Shown here piece by piece: positions 40,501 through 51,716 of a stretch of 64,000 bases of DNA. Made by a program: the position numbers and the translations under genes. The DNA lies in the NCBI GenBank assembly GCA_002633005.1, contig NMRA01000113.1, forward strand, positions 340,441 to 404,440, given 5' to 3'. Origin of the DNA: Phoronis australis. Its lineage: Eukaryota > Animalia > Phoronida. The notes under the pieces were generated by a model that saw only the letters and a list, made by a program, of their open reading frames with translations, did no database searches and had not been told where the DNA came from. Every line of letters starts with the position of its first letter. The first letter of the stretch is position 1.

Positions 40501-43144
40501 TCTGAGTACAATGGTAGAAGTTCCTCACTGAACACTTGCTCACTGTGTTATTCTAGGTCTTCGAGGAGCGATTGCCTTTGCTCTCAGCATGCACACTGAG
40601 TTTGGCACAGAAAAGCGTCATGTGATCGTTACAACAACTCTGATTATTGTTCTTTTCACCATTGTAATTCTTGGAGGCTCTACACTACCTCTCATGAAGG
40701 TAAGGTGCAACAGGACATTGACAACATTTTGTAAATGCTGTCATGTCCTGTACAGGTCATTATTTAATTTTGATTGGTCAAATTATGATTGACCTGTATT
40801 AGTGATGCCCCAGAAAGGTGGTGTTGACAATATATTTGCGTCACTTTTTCATTGGATATGGTGTTACTTTGGTTTAAAAAGTACTAATCCTGTTAGATCT
40901 GTGTACATGTAAGCCATAATTTCTGTAAAGGTCTCAGACGTGTAGTCCACCATCAAATGGATGCACAACTATGTTGTTCATTTATATACACTGGACATTT
41001 TTTGTTATTATTTTCTCGAAACATGACTTGTAAGCTGGTGATCAACTTATTAAAAAACCTACTATTCTATTGTAAATAATTTGCTAGAATGTGCACAGCA
41101 AGAATCTGCCTTAGTTATAACTGCTTTCAACTGCTTAAAACATATTGAATTTTTTGTTACTATGTGATTGTTGTTAATTCCTGAGGAAGACCTGTAAAGA
41201 TGCTTATTTTTGGTTGACCTTGAAACCGTTTTGTAATAGCAGGTTTCAAGGTCAGAAATATTACGTATACTGTAATGTGGAAATGGAAATTTGACTTGTT
41301 CATTATGATTTCAGATTTTAAACAAAGCTGAGGAGAGCTCCAAAAAAGGTAGAAGGAGGAAACAAACTAAAATTGTTTCTTTAAGTAAAACGAAGGAAAT
41401 GGTGAGTTGTGAATGTTGTCTTTAGTTATTTGTCTGAATAATGCACAGGTGAATACGCAGTGAACATTTGTTTGTGAAATGTGTCTTTAACCATTTGTAA
41501 TACATACAGGTGTGAAACGAGCATTACATGAATCTAGAATTTGAAACCCAAAGCTTTACCCAGTCTTGAGTTGTACTACTTGATTGACTTGGTTTTGCGT
41601 AATGGAGTTTCCCCCATGATAAGCGTTTTCGTTCATTTCTGTACTTGTTCAGTAAACGACGGGAATTAAGTTAGCTTTAACTTTGTCTTATTCCCAGTTT
41701 TACAAAAATGTGGAATAATGATCACCACACATTGTAGTAAGCAGTTTTGACGGAATGGTCTTGCTGTGATGGGCTCAGTAATCTGATCGTGAGGTCTAAT
41801 TTCTATACTTGAAACTCAACTTGAAAATTGACCAACTGCATGGTACACTTTGAGTGAACTCACAAATGTGCACTCTTATTATGTGGCTATGTTAATTTTC
41901 AAGTTTGAATTTGCGTCTGAGTTTAAAGATTTAGAACCTACATCGTGGTACATTTTAAAAAACTTCTAAGTGGTGTGTGTTATGTCTCATTACAGCCTCC
42001 CTCTCTACATTAGAGTGATCAAGATTATTGTTGAGTTAAGAGCATTCTCCTCTTGCATAACTGAAGAATTGTTTTGTTTCCAGGGTGATGCAGTTGACTC
42101 TGAGCATCTGTCCGAACTAACTGAGGAAGAGTATGAATACAATTATGTGAAACCTCACATGAAAGGATTTAAGAAAATTGACGCCAAGTATCTCATTCCA
42201 TTCTTAACCAGGCGTTTTACTCAGCAGGTATACTTAAAGTAATACTTATTGTGATATACACATGTCTGGTGACTTGTGCTCAGTAGGTATACCCAACTTA
42301 CTGTAGTATTCACATGTCTGCATGATGACTTGGTGCTACTTGCGTTTGCAGGCTTCATTCTAGTTATTAGTATTTTCTAATTTGAAGTCTTATTCGTAAA
42401 GTTACTAAGCTTTTATACTTTGAGCTAACAGACAGTCTGTAAGATACTTGATCCCAAAAAGAAAGCTATATGTAGATTTATTTTAATCAAATAGATGTTG
42501 CAATGCCGTGCACACTCTTAAGAAAGAGCGCATTGCTCGATACGTGGGGATATTTTAATATATTTTAGTACCGACGCTCATCATTTTAGTTTTACTATTT
42601 TATAGATTTATTATGATATGTTATTGTTTATGTACTGTAACGAGGCAAATAACCAAAAAAAAACAAAGATTTGTGAGTATTGATAGGCGAATACATGTAG
42701 TGTTTATGACAGCTGTGCCACCAGGAGTGATAAATAGATCACATCTACAATCTTATTATAATGTTCCTTTTGATCAACTGCTGTAACTGCTATTTCCACA
42801 CAAATGTAAGTGTCACCATTATTAGCAGTCAACACCTTAATATTTCTGTAAGATATCTGCATTACGACATTTTGAGAACATTATTGTGTATATGTCTATA
42901 ATTGTGTTTGTGTCGTAGTGAGAAAAAGATATTATGGATGTCATTTAAATTCATCAGGTTTTCTAACTGACATCTTTTTATTGTGCTATTTTTATAGGAA
43001 GTAAAAGATGGTAAAAAACAGATGATCAATCTGACAGACAAGTGGTATCAAGATGTCCGTGCTGCTCCTAGTGAATCTGAAGATGATGAGGAAGAGGTCA
43101 ACCAGACGCCAGCGACACCCCTTGTTGATGTGACGCATCACTAG
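22595..43144 (+). CDS. SLC9A8: Sodium/hydrogen exchanger 8 (NHE8), ~649 aa, 16 coding exons
   Basis: Exons: 22595-22806 (signal-peptide-like), 29088-29242, 30498-30578, 31704-31762, 32031-32114, 33910-34011, 35403-35581, 36253-36391, 37105-37210, 37666-37782, 38190-38272, 39582-39693, 40557-40699, 41315-41401, 42084-42227, 42998-43144; total 1950 nt. Motifs [63 protein letters not shown] and [13 protein letters not shown] are NHE8-like. Confidence 0.95.
22876..23010. repeat. 135-bp near-perfect palindrome (hairpin MITE); degraded second copy at ~23198-23310
   Basis: Left arm taggcttaggcattggtc...tgatttagagaaccag...taacgg pairs with ccgtta...ctggttctctaaatca...gaccagtgccgaatccta. Termini are TA. 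Confidence 0.85.
25154..25224 (-). pseudogene. tRNA-derived SINE head or tRNA pseudogene
   Basis: A-box TGGTGTAGTGG and B-box GGTTCGAATCC. Acceptor (CACTGAG/CTCGGTT) and T stems mostly pair, while the D and anticodon stems are broken. Confidence 0.65.
26400..26838 (-). mobile_element. Different HINE-like element with terminal palindrome and (GAT/GAC)n-containing ~161-bp duplicated units
   Basis: Palindrome acttggcgaaatttatttcgccaagt at ~26811-26836, followed on the minus strand by atattgct. Two copies of cttggcgaaattaac...gatgatgacgaatatga...gaacaa. Confidence 0.5.
27131..27836 (+). repeat. ~135-bp dispersed direct repeat (27131-27263 and 27706-27836) with a partial third copy near 27352
   Basis: ataccgaagccagtttaca.tgaaacaacac...aaactaaactactacagata...gagctgtaaaggtgggtgac is present twice. 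Confidence 0.8.
27890..28950 (+). mobile_element. Second copy of the same HINE-like repeat family (NHE8 intron 1)
   Basis: Shares ctgtatctcc, gaaatttggca, cctagtggc and caaaccactcta units with the 5011-6420 element. Confidence 0.55.
30250..30361 (+). repeat. 28-bp tandem repeat x4
   Basis: Unit attgtaaacaggccacacttgatcatgt. Confidence 0.85.
36392..37104 (+). other. U12-type (minor spliceosome) AT-AC intron of NHE8
   Basis: 5' end ATATCCTTT, branch-site-like TTTTACTTAAC at 37085-37095, terminal AC at 37103-37104. Removal joins ISAI|[15 protein letters not shown] in frame. Confidence 0.93.
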
Positions 43145-46100
43145 TGTACCCTTGTTCGTCAAATGTTAATTGTCTTTCATGTAATCGCTTTTAAAGTTAC
43201 ATACAGCAGCAATGATGGCAGATCAACATGATGAAATGTACACTGGAAAGCTAAAGTATTTGATGTCAAATCTAACTGCAGTAGCAAGCAATGAATTTCA
43301 CTCACTCTATGGTGTAACGGGACAAATTAATAATGCTCTCTCACTGTTAAATCTTTAAAGTGGATTCTTTACAAATGTTGACATTTTAAAGGTGTTTCTG
43401 TATGTAACTTTAACTGTGGACTTGTGCATTTTAACACCGTTAATCTGGTTAATTGCATTAATAAGTGAACTGTAGTTATGTACAAATTGTGGAGCAATAC
43501 AATTGTTCACCACAGTAGTTGGTTCTTGTATATATAAATATGTGAATGTTTTCTCGAGCGGCAGCAAATATGTTTTGAAAATACCTCCATCAAATTGGAG
43601 AGCACCTGCGAGTCAAAGTGTAAAATGATATTTCAGACCAGGATTTGATAAACTGATGTGTTGGTACAGTTATGGAGTGTGGTCTTGGGAAAGTTCAGGA
43701 CAAGATTACGATCTTGTTCTGGTGTTAATGCGAATGCTGTCTTCAAACTGGAAATTGTGTGCACCTCGGGTTGTTTGCATTAATTTGCTATGTGTCTGGC
43801 AGCAACTTTCCAGCTTCTATCAGCCAAACACAGGGGTTAGTTTGTTGTAATAGTTCTGACAAGGTGTTGAGATCTACAAAACGGGTCTACGGTATTTATT
43901 TTACTGACACGATTATACTTTATGTTAGAAAAAAAATTATACAACATATTTTAATATTGGTACATTTTCTGATCTTTAGTGTTACACGACACATTGAATT
44001 ATTTGATTTCTCTGTGTAGAGTTAAGGGGCGGGTTTAAATGCATTATTTATGCATCAAAAATGTCACAGTTGTTTGGGGCAACTTCAATTGTTTTCTATT
44101 ACTTGTCAATTTCTCTTTAGTGCATGGGTTGATTGTTATATAATTTCGTATTCCTATTTATGGTCTGTGGCCAATGGAACAGCGTCTTAGATATTTGATT
44201 TTCCGGCCATTGCTCAAGGCCAGGTTCTTCAAATTGGTATGTCATTTTAGGCACCAAGTATTGTCTCAAGAAATAACAAAGTGTCAGTACTTTGCAAACC
44301 AAGAAGTCGCTTCTCATTCAAAAGTTTGCTTCTTGGACGAAACATACTTTCAGCACTTTTAAAAAGTATTTGACGAAATATGAAACACTTCACAAAGGTT
44401 GACAATTGTAATAAATTTGCACCTTCTACAAAAAACAAACTTTTAATTGAAGCCACTTGCTCTTCTTGTTCTTTACTCTGATAAGAAGTGATCCTTAACT
44501 GTTGAGGAGAACTGACAGGTCCCCATTATTGCTTCATACCATGCCTGTAATCTGTAGACACTAGACACTCACGATGAGCTTACGGCGAGAATTTTTTTGC
44601 TTATGTAACCTGAACTACATTTTGTAATTCAACATTCCAAAATCAGTAACAAGTCACTTCTGATCAGTGCCTGCCATTTTGTTTCAGAGTACACTACTAA
44701 TGTCCCACTTGTGTGCTAGCGTAACACTTGTCATTCACTTGTGTCATTCACCTGTTTAATATCGTGTGATCTTGTGTGATCTTGCTTAACTGCATGTTTC
44801 TTGCCTCTACGAAATGCACCCCAGGATCATTACTTTGGTTGTCAAGGGAAGTTAATTTTAGTTATCAAGACAATATATCCATACTTACAGTATGGCTTTG
44901 ACAAGGTCCACCATACAGCTATCATGACAATTCTTACTCCGTACATAAGTAACAGATTTTTGTATCAGAATATTGAGTTGTTTACACATCTTGCTTGTTC
45001 ATGAAACTTACAGGGCTTGGGAAATAAAGGATTCTCTCTATATATATCTACTTGTCTTATTCATTTCTAATAAACTATAACTTTCCAAGTAAAACGGATT
45101 ACTGTCAGAGATCTCCAAGACTCCTATTTTTGTCCAAAGAATCCACAATGACTTCTGGAGAACTGTGAGTTGTATTATTAGAATCACCGTTCATCAATAG
45201 ATAGCTATTCAGTACTGTTTTAATGGACTCTTCCGGTGTATCACTTGAAAAACCTGATGCTGGGTAGGGAATTTTTCGTGGAACTCATTTTTTTTGACTG
45301 AAACCTCCAAGTTTCAAGGCATGGCGTAAACAAGTTTAAGTGCATTGTGAAACGTCTGTGGAGTCCGTGCGAATAAATTCTTCAGATTCTCTGTGTGTAT
45401 GTTTATTTGTTGCTTTTCTGGTGTTGACATTTTTAACCTCTCGGGGGGGGGTATATGTCTAAATGGTAAATGAGGGCCCATTTATCCGTCTAAACCGGTT
45501 GTCATTGGGAATTCCAGGTGATTTGTCAATACTTTCAATTGAAGCAAATAACCAGTTTTCACTCCATATCTGTAAATAAATTTGTAGAACATGGTAAATT
45601 CCCGTGGTGGAATCCTGGAGTAAAAAATGTGAAAAAATTCTGAATAAAAGCTATGAATATATTTTCTTTTGGAAAGAACTTTTGTCATTTTTCTGCGTGG
45701 CCAAAGTAAGATGAAAATAAGGCTTTATTTGTGACAGATTGAATGCGAACTATAAACATCAATTGGGCAAGTTCCTTTCAGCCCGACTTGTCTGTATTGG
45801 CATCCGTATTGTTATGCAGTTTCTGTCTGTTTCAGGACTTCCTTGTTGACCCAAATGTAATCATAGGCATCTTTTAGAACTCTGAACATAGGCCCTAAAA
45901 CATTTTCCAGTATTTTTAGAGAAGGTGATATGTAGCTTGAAGTGGCTATAAAATGGGATGGAAGGATTTGCGTGATATAAGTTTTGGTCAGATAATACTC
46001 TTGGCGGTATGAATACGGACGTGATTTTAAGATGTGGCAGGAGGTTGATTTGGGTAGACTCCAGAAAAGGTGTCACTTTTTTTTAACAAGTATAGATTTG

Positions 46101-47920
46101 AACAACTAAAGCTCTTGGTATAAACATGGGTTGCAATATTTTCTCATTTTGGCAGTCTGGGCTCAAGCATCCATGAATTGTTAGTTCTTTCCAGGACCAG
46201 AAATCCCATCTGTTATGACTAAGGAACAATTTGAGACCTGCTTCATATTGGGTACAATTCAAGTTGTTTTTAAGATGGAAGTCGGCTATAAAGCCACTGC
46301 ACTTTAAGATATCCGCATGGTTTACCTTTGAACAAAAATCAGCATTAAAATTTGTTTTTTTCTTGAAGTGGAGGGGGACAAATGCTCATTTGCTTTGCGC
46401 TTGTTAGACTTCATAACAGTAACTACAGAGAGTGTGTTTGTTAGAACTATCATGTGTCGGAATGACCTTTTTGTGCAACATTTGTGCAAAACTCCCTGCC
46501 AAATGCAAAGAGCATGTGTTGCTTCGAATTGATGAGGCGCCAGTGTTGCCTTCAACCCTACTTGTATTACTTGCGAATAACAAATTGATTACAAAATATT
46601 ACACATACAAAACTACAATTACTTACCTTCTAGTGTTTTGTCATAACTGAACTATTCAAACAAGTTGTGACAGCCTGGTAATATAACGCAGACACTTTTC
46701 AGCATGGAGCCAAGTAAATCGCTCTCCTTGGATTGAATTTAAGCATTTGTGTAAAGGATGAACATGGCCAATGTTTATTCATCTAACAGATACAGTAAGT
46801 TTGATTTTGTTGGGTTTAGTGATTATCAGACACTATAATACCTCTATTCATAAGTTATCTCTGGCTTCTGGAGATAGCTTTCAGCTAGGATTGTCAATTT
46901 ACTACTAATGACACCTGTTGGTAACACAGGTCAGTGGATTTATCCCCTTTTGTGATAACGAAGACATGGCTACATTTGATGTTGCTTTATCTATTGGTAT
47001 TTTAACCTCCTTGAGCTTGTTAACTCTTACGGATTACTTTAAGTCTCACAGATTTCATGGCACCCAAAATCCTCAAGGGTGAAAGGAAAGAGTACCAGAT
47101 TTCTTAAATGCACTTCTGAATTAAAAAATACTAGATTTGGATGTCACTTAATTCTGTTTCTAGAACTAGTCCATGATTTCACAATTGTCTTTACAAATTC
47201 TTGCTGAAAAATACAGATTTTTTAAAATGTCACAGGCAACATTCATAATTGAATGACATGTGTGCCCACCCTGTCAGCAGAGTTAAAACAGTGTCATACT
47301 TAACAAAAGACAAAATCACATATGAAACAACGGGTACAATTGTTACAAAATAGACATGTAATACCATGAAGAAGAGTACAGTAGCCAGAACAAGAACCAG
47401 CATAACAGACACAATGCCAACTAATGAAATGCCAAGACATCTCTGACTGCTACCTTGTCGTTTTGTCTTGAACTAAAGATTTGTAGTTTGGTTTGTCCAA
47501 TCCTAGAGCAGGTCAGAGAACTGAGTGAAAAGATGCCTTAAATTTTACAGTTCTTTTCCTCAGATGTTTTTGAATGTTAAGAAATTTGTTGGTGTATGCC
47601 CAACAAAAAGATTATCAAAATTTACATGAAAGGTAGCCATGCATTCAGTGATGCTAGTTTAAAAGCAGGCATTCCATTATATGTGATATGTATATTGCTA
47701 AGTCATGCATTGGAGACATTGTCTTCAAATATGAAAGAATATAATGCTTGGTACTTTAGCTCAATTATAAAAACATCTCAAGAAATTGAATATCAAGAAC
47801 ATTGTCCACAAAACAATACTAAAAACTGCTTACACCTTAGAGGTAAGTACTTAGCATATATAAAATCTGACACAATGAATATGCCAGTAATAGTACAAAA
47901 AGTCCAGTTCAAGCTTGAAC

Positions 47921-50743
47921 CTACTGCACGTTAGCCTCAACAGCGGGTTCAGGCAATTTTTCATTCTTTTCAATCATTTCATTGACCTCAGCCACCACAT
48001 CAATGGTGCGAACTGGCAGGACAGGCCTCTCCATTTCTTGGAACTCAATGCCATGTTTCCGCAACAATCCCTGAAGAACTTCAATTTCGTGCTCCTGCGC
48101 CTGACAGTACTCTCTGAACTTGGCTAGTTCCTGCTCAACTGCTTCACGCTGCCGCCTCTCTCGTTGAATTCGCTTGTCCGCTTGCGCCTTCACTGACAAA
48201 ACAATGCCTAAAACAAAACGGTATACGTTGTGGTCAGTTGTTTTACTGTACCACAGTTATCCTGTACATGCTTAAATGAAAGTCATCAAAGCATTGAGGT
48301 AAATAACACGTTCCATCCTGAATACAGCATCGTCAATCAAATTATGCATTGTTTAGTACCAGGAACAGCCCAGAGGACTCTTTTGGAAATCTTTTTTCTT
48401 AAGAAGACACTAAACCCAGTTTTGGTGACTTCAACCAACCCTCATTATGTCCCCTGCAAATTCATTGGCATGTACTCACTTGAGTGATAAAAGCCAAATT
48501 CAGATAGCCTCACTGTAGCATACAATGGACATTATGGTTCTTGGTGGGTAGTCTTTTCTTAGTTGTCATGTAACTCCCCTAAAGCGTTGTTTGTGCTGGC
48601 CTGTTTAGCAGACATCGTAAGAAGTTTTCAAACTTTTGCCCCAAACTTTTGAGGATTGACAAGGGTTAGAGAGTATTGTTTTGTTTTTGAGAATTGAATG
48701 GGAAAGTCATTTATTTCAGTCAGAAGGCCAAAACCAGATTTAATATCCTTTTAACAACTTACCAATCTTTAAAAGATAAAAATTAAGAAATTGACGACAT
48801 CTCACATGGGCGTACAAAAAAAATCCCCAAATACCACACATGGAGGTTTTATTAACTTAATTTTTCCGAAAGCCTGCCATGCACACTCCTTCTTGGTAGT
48901 GCTCTTTTGGAAATCCTTCGTACCCACAATGCAACACATCTGTCTGGCATTATCATGGAACATCACACATATTGTTTATTGCTCTTATACTGCTTGCTTG
49001 TTTACATCTAAATCATCATCTCATTACGCATTCAAACACCATCAAAGTTTTCTTGTTGTTCAGAGAGTTGCATTGCTAACAACATGAAATTGGGCAAGGG
49101 CATTTGTGAATTCTGAAAACTATCCTTGTGCCGCACAATCCATTTAAATTGAAACAGAATTTGCTTTGAATTAGTTTCAACTATGAATCAGGGATTTCAC
49201 GAAAGAAAGATCTTCCTGAAATGATCGCTTTGCCTAAGTGACCCAAGATTGACTTTTGGAAAAAGTGGTGGGGCTCATTTGTAAACTAATCGCCCACAGC
49301 ACCCTCGTTAATTCATGGCTTTCAAGAGGAAGTCTTCACTTTATCAGTAGCTTGGCTACTAGAAGAGAAGCGACATATGTGTTGACAAGTGATGAATGAA
49401 CTTGAAATGTTCCTTTAAGGTTATGTAGAACCCTGGAAAAAGTATGTCTAAATTTGGCAAACTTCGCAACATCATAACTCAGAAACGGATGATCATATTC
49501 ACACCAAACTTTTTGGCACTATGCTACATGCGCAGTCTCCAAAACTCTGCTAAATATTTCTTTCAAAACTGTCCACTTTTGCAAGAAGGACTATAAAAAT
49601 TGGGACTTTTATGAAAAAAGTTGCTCAAAATGATGATTTAGAATTACGTAACAGCATTTCTGACACTTCGTCTTGAACATTTACATTGAATGAAACTTGG
49701 TCAATTTATTGATACCATTTTTCGCCATCCAGGTAAAGACAGTATCACATGACCCAATTAATATCAGATTGGTATTAAAGTCAAAAATCAAATTTTATAA
49801 GCTTCCTACATTCATAAAATAAATTCTTCTATTGAAATAAAATCTATATTTATAGATATGTGGCTAAATATACTGACAAGTCATTATGTCCTACATAACC
49901 TTAAAGATAAAAAATTGAGAAGATTTTGACATCTGGCCCTTTTCTCTAACGTATACCTGTCCAGAAATGGAAAATGATCCAGAAAGAGGCTTTTCCAAAC
50001 CTTGTTTCCAAAAGAGCCCCCATCGGACATTTTTCCTGGTGGAGGCTCTTTCAGAAACCCCCAGTACTGTGCAAAAATGTATCACAATGCACGTCAAAGT
50101 ATTTCAATGCCTGTCACATGGTGCTAATGGAAACTTGCTATCAATGGAGAGTAATCAGTTTTTGAAGGGTAACAAAACTGACACTATTTTACATCATTCA
50201 ATGTAACAAGAGACGGAACTAATACAATCAGACAGACATCATACCATTCAACACTCTTGTGATACGCCACAGACGTAAGATGACTAACAATCCCACACTG
50301 GCCTGCACATCTTCACTGTCAATGAAAGCAATGTCCAGAGCAAATGAAACAATGACAATAACAGCATCAAATATCTCCATTTTGTGCTTGAAAAAAGTCA
50401 TCCGCATGGCATACAGTTTAACGATCAACTCAATGATAAAGATGCTTAAGATCGCGATGCTCATGAAATGTAAGGTTTCTGCAGCAATCTTAAGACTTTC
50501 CTCATGGCCCTGGATAGCTTCCAAATCAATAAGCAACTCGGAAATGACAAGAAGACAGTCAAGAATGACTAGACATATGATAATAATCTGGAACTTGTTT
50601 GAGTGGATGACATGATTGACACGCTCATGAAATGGCAGTGGAGCGTTCTTGGCCTCATCCGAGTCTGTTGTGACGGAGCTGCTGGTCTCTTCTTTCTCAA
50701 TCACTCTTTCAAGGTCATCATGAAGTTTCTTGAAGCCATCCAT
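47921..50743 (-). CDS. HVCN1: Voltage-gated proton channel Hv1, ~261 aa, two coding exons
   Basis: Exons 50743-50245 and 48207-47921, phase-1 GT-AG, 786 nt. S1 selectivity Asp in VILDCLLVISELLID, S3 EIFDAVIVIVSFALD, S4 RLWRITRVLNG, and a C-terminal coiled coil. No pore domain. Confidence 0.95.
49419..49900. mobile_element. Kolobok-type MITE (482 bp) in the Hv1 intron
   Basis: TTAA|GGTTATGTAG ... CTACATAACC|TTAA: perfect 10-bp TIR, purine-purine terminus and TTAA target duplication. Confidence 0.8.
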
Positions 50744-51387
50744 GTTTTCTAAAAATAGAACAAAAACCAAGGCAAGGTAAATGGAGGAGGGTTTTCTGAA
50801 GATTAAGCCAAGAAAGTACCATAAGTACTCAAAAGGTGGTGCTGTTTCAATGGAAGACTACCAGAATATGGTAAAGTTTCAGTATTGGCAACCAGTTGCG
50901 ATCACTTGGTAAATGGGTGCAGGTTTTAATGAAAAAATCATTGTATCGTCACATTTTATTTAGCAAGATCAGCGGCTCCATTTCGTAACACATGATACCT
51001 GAAAATGAAAACTAGTGAGATCCCATGCTCTGTTGTAATGCATTGTACAATCTCTCGAAGACCTGCATGATCTCATCAAATTCAGAAGAGACCAAAGTTG
51101 CAAAGACCAGACCCATCAAAGCTGCATATTTTTAATTTACATTCAGCCAAGTACCAAGCAGCCCCATATTTGAAAACCATTCAGGTTTTGTGTCATATCT
51201 AGGTATGAAAGTCTTTCGGTACATCCTTGATACCCGCCATCAAAAAGAATGTGGATTTTTCTACATTGGAGACCAACAATGGAAGAACCNCTCCCCCGAG
51301 CACACACACATTCTAAGTCAAAGAAGGAATTCGTACAAGAATTAGTTTACAATAGAGGAATAGCTAAAATAGAAGGAATTAACATAC

Positions 51388-51716
51388 CATCTGTAGTGCT
51401 CTTTACTGACTCTTGAGGCTACTTCGAAAGAACAAAATTGGCTTAAAACACAAAACAAAACAAAGGCAGGCTGCAATCCTTGTACCTTGTTTATTTACAT
51501 TTAAAGATGTCGCTTCATGTCACGTGAAAACCACATAATTATTATTAGTTGCAAGATTTTCATTGAAGTTTAGTAAAATTTTTATTAGAAATTAGAATGG
51601 TAAACAAAATTGCAGATCTGAAGTAGGAAAAATCAATTTTTACAGGTTTGATATTTTTCTTAAAACGTACTCCGAGTTTGAGATAAAATAGGTCAAAGAA
51701 ACATAAATAGGTCATC
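51388..51716. promoter_or_regulatory. Probable short bidirectional promoter between Hv1 (-) and PRKRIP1 (+), including the Hv1 5'UTR exon
   Basis: A minus-strand donor (GTATGT, starting 51387) pairs with the Hv1 acceptor at 50750-50749. The PRKRIP1 ATG is at 51717. E-box GTCACGTGA at 51519-51527. Confidence 0.55.

Noticed and set aside
50744-50770. N-terminal extension MVFVLFLEN of the Hv1 ORF
   Set aside because: Mostly the intron's pyrimidine tract and acceptor (the exon starts at 50748). The likely start is the ATG at 50743.
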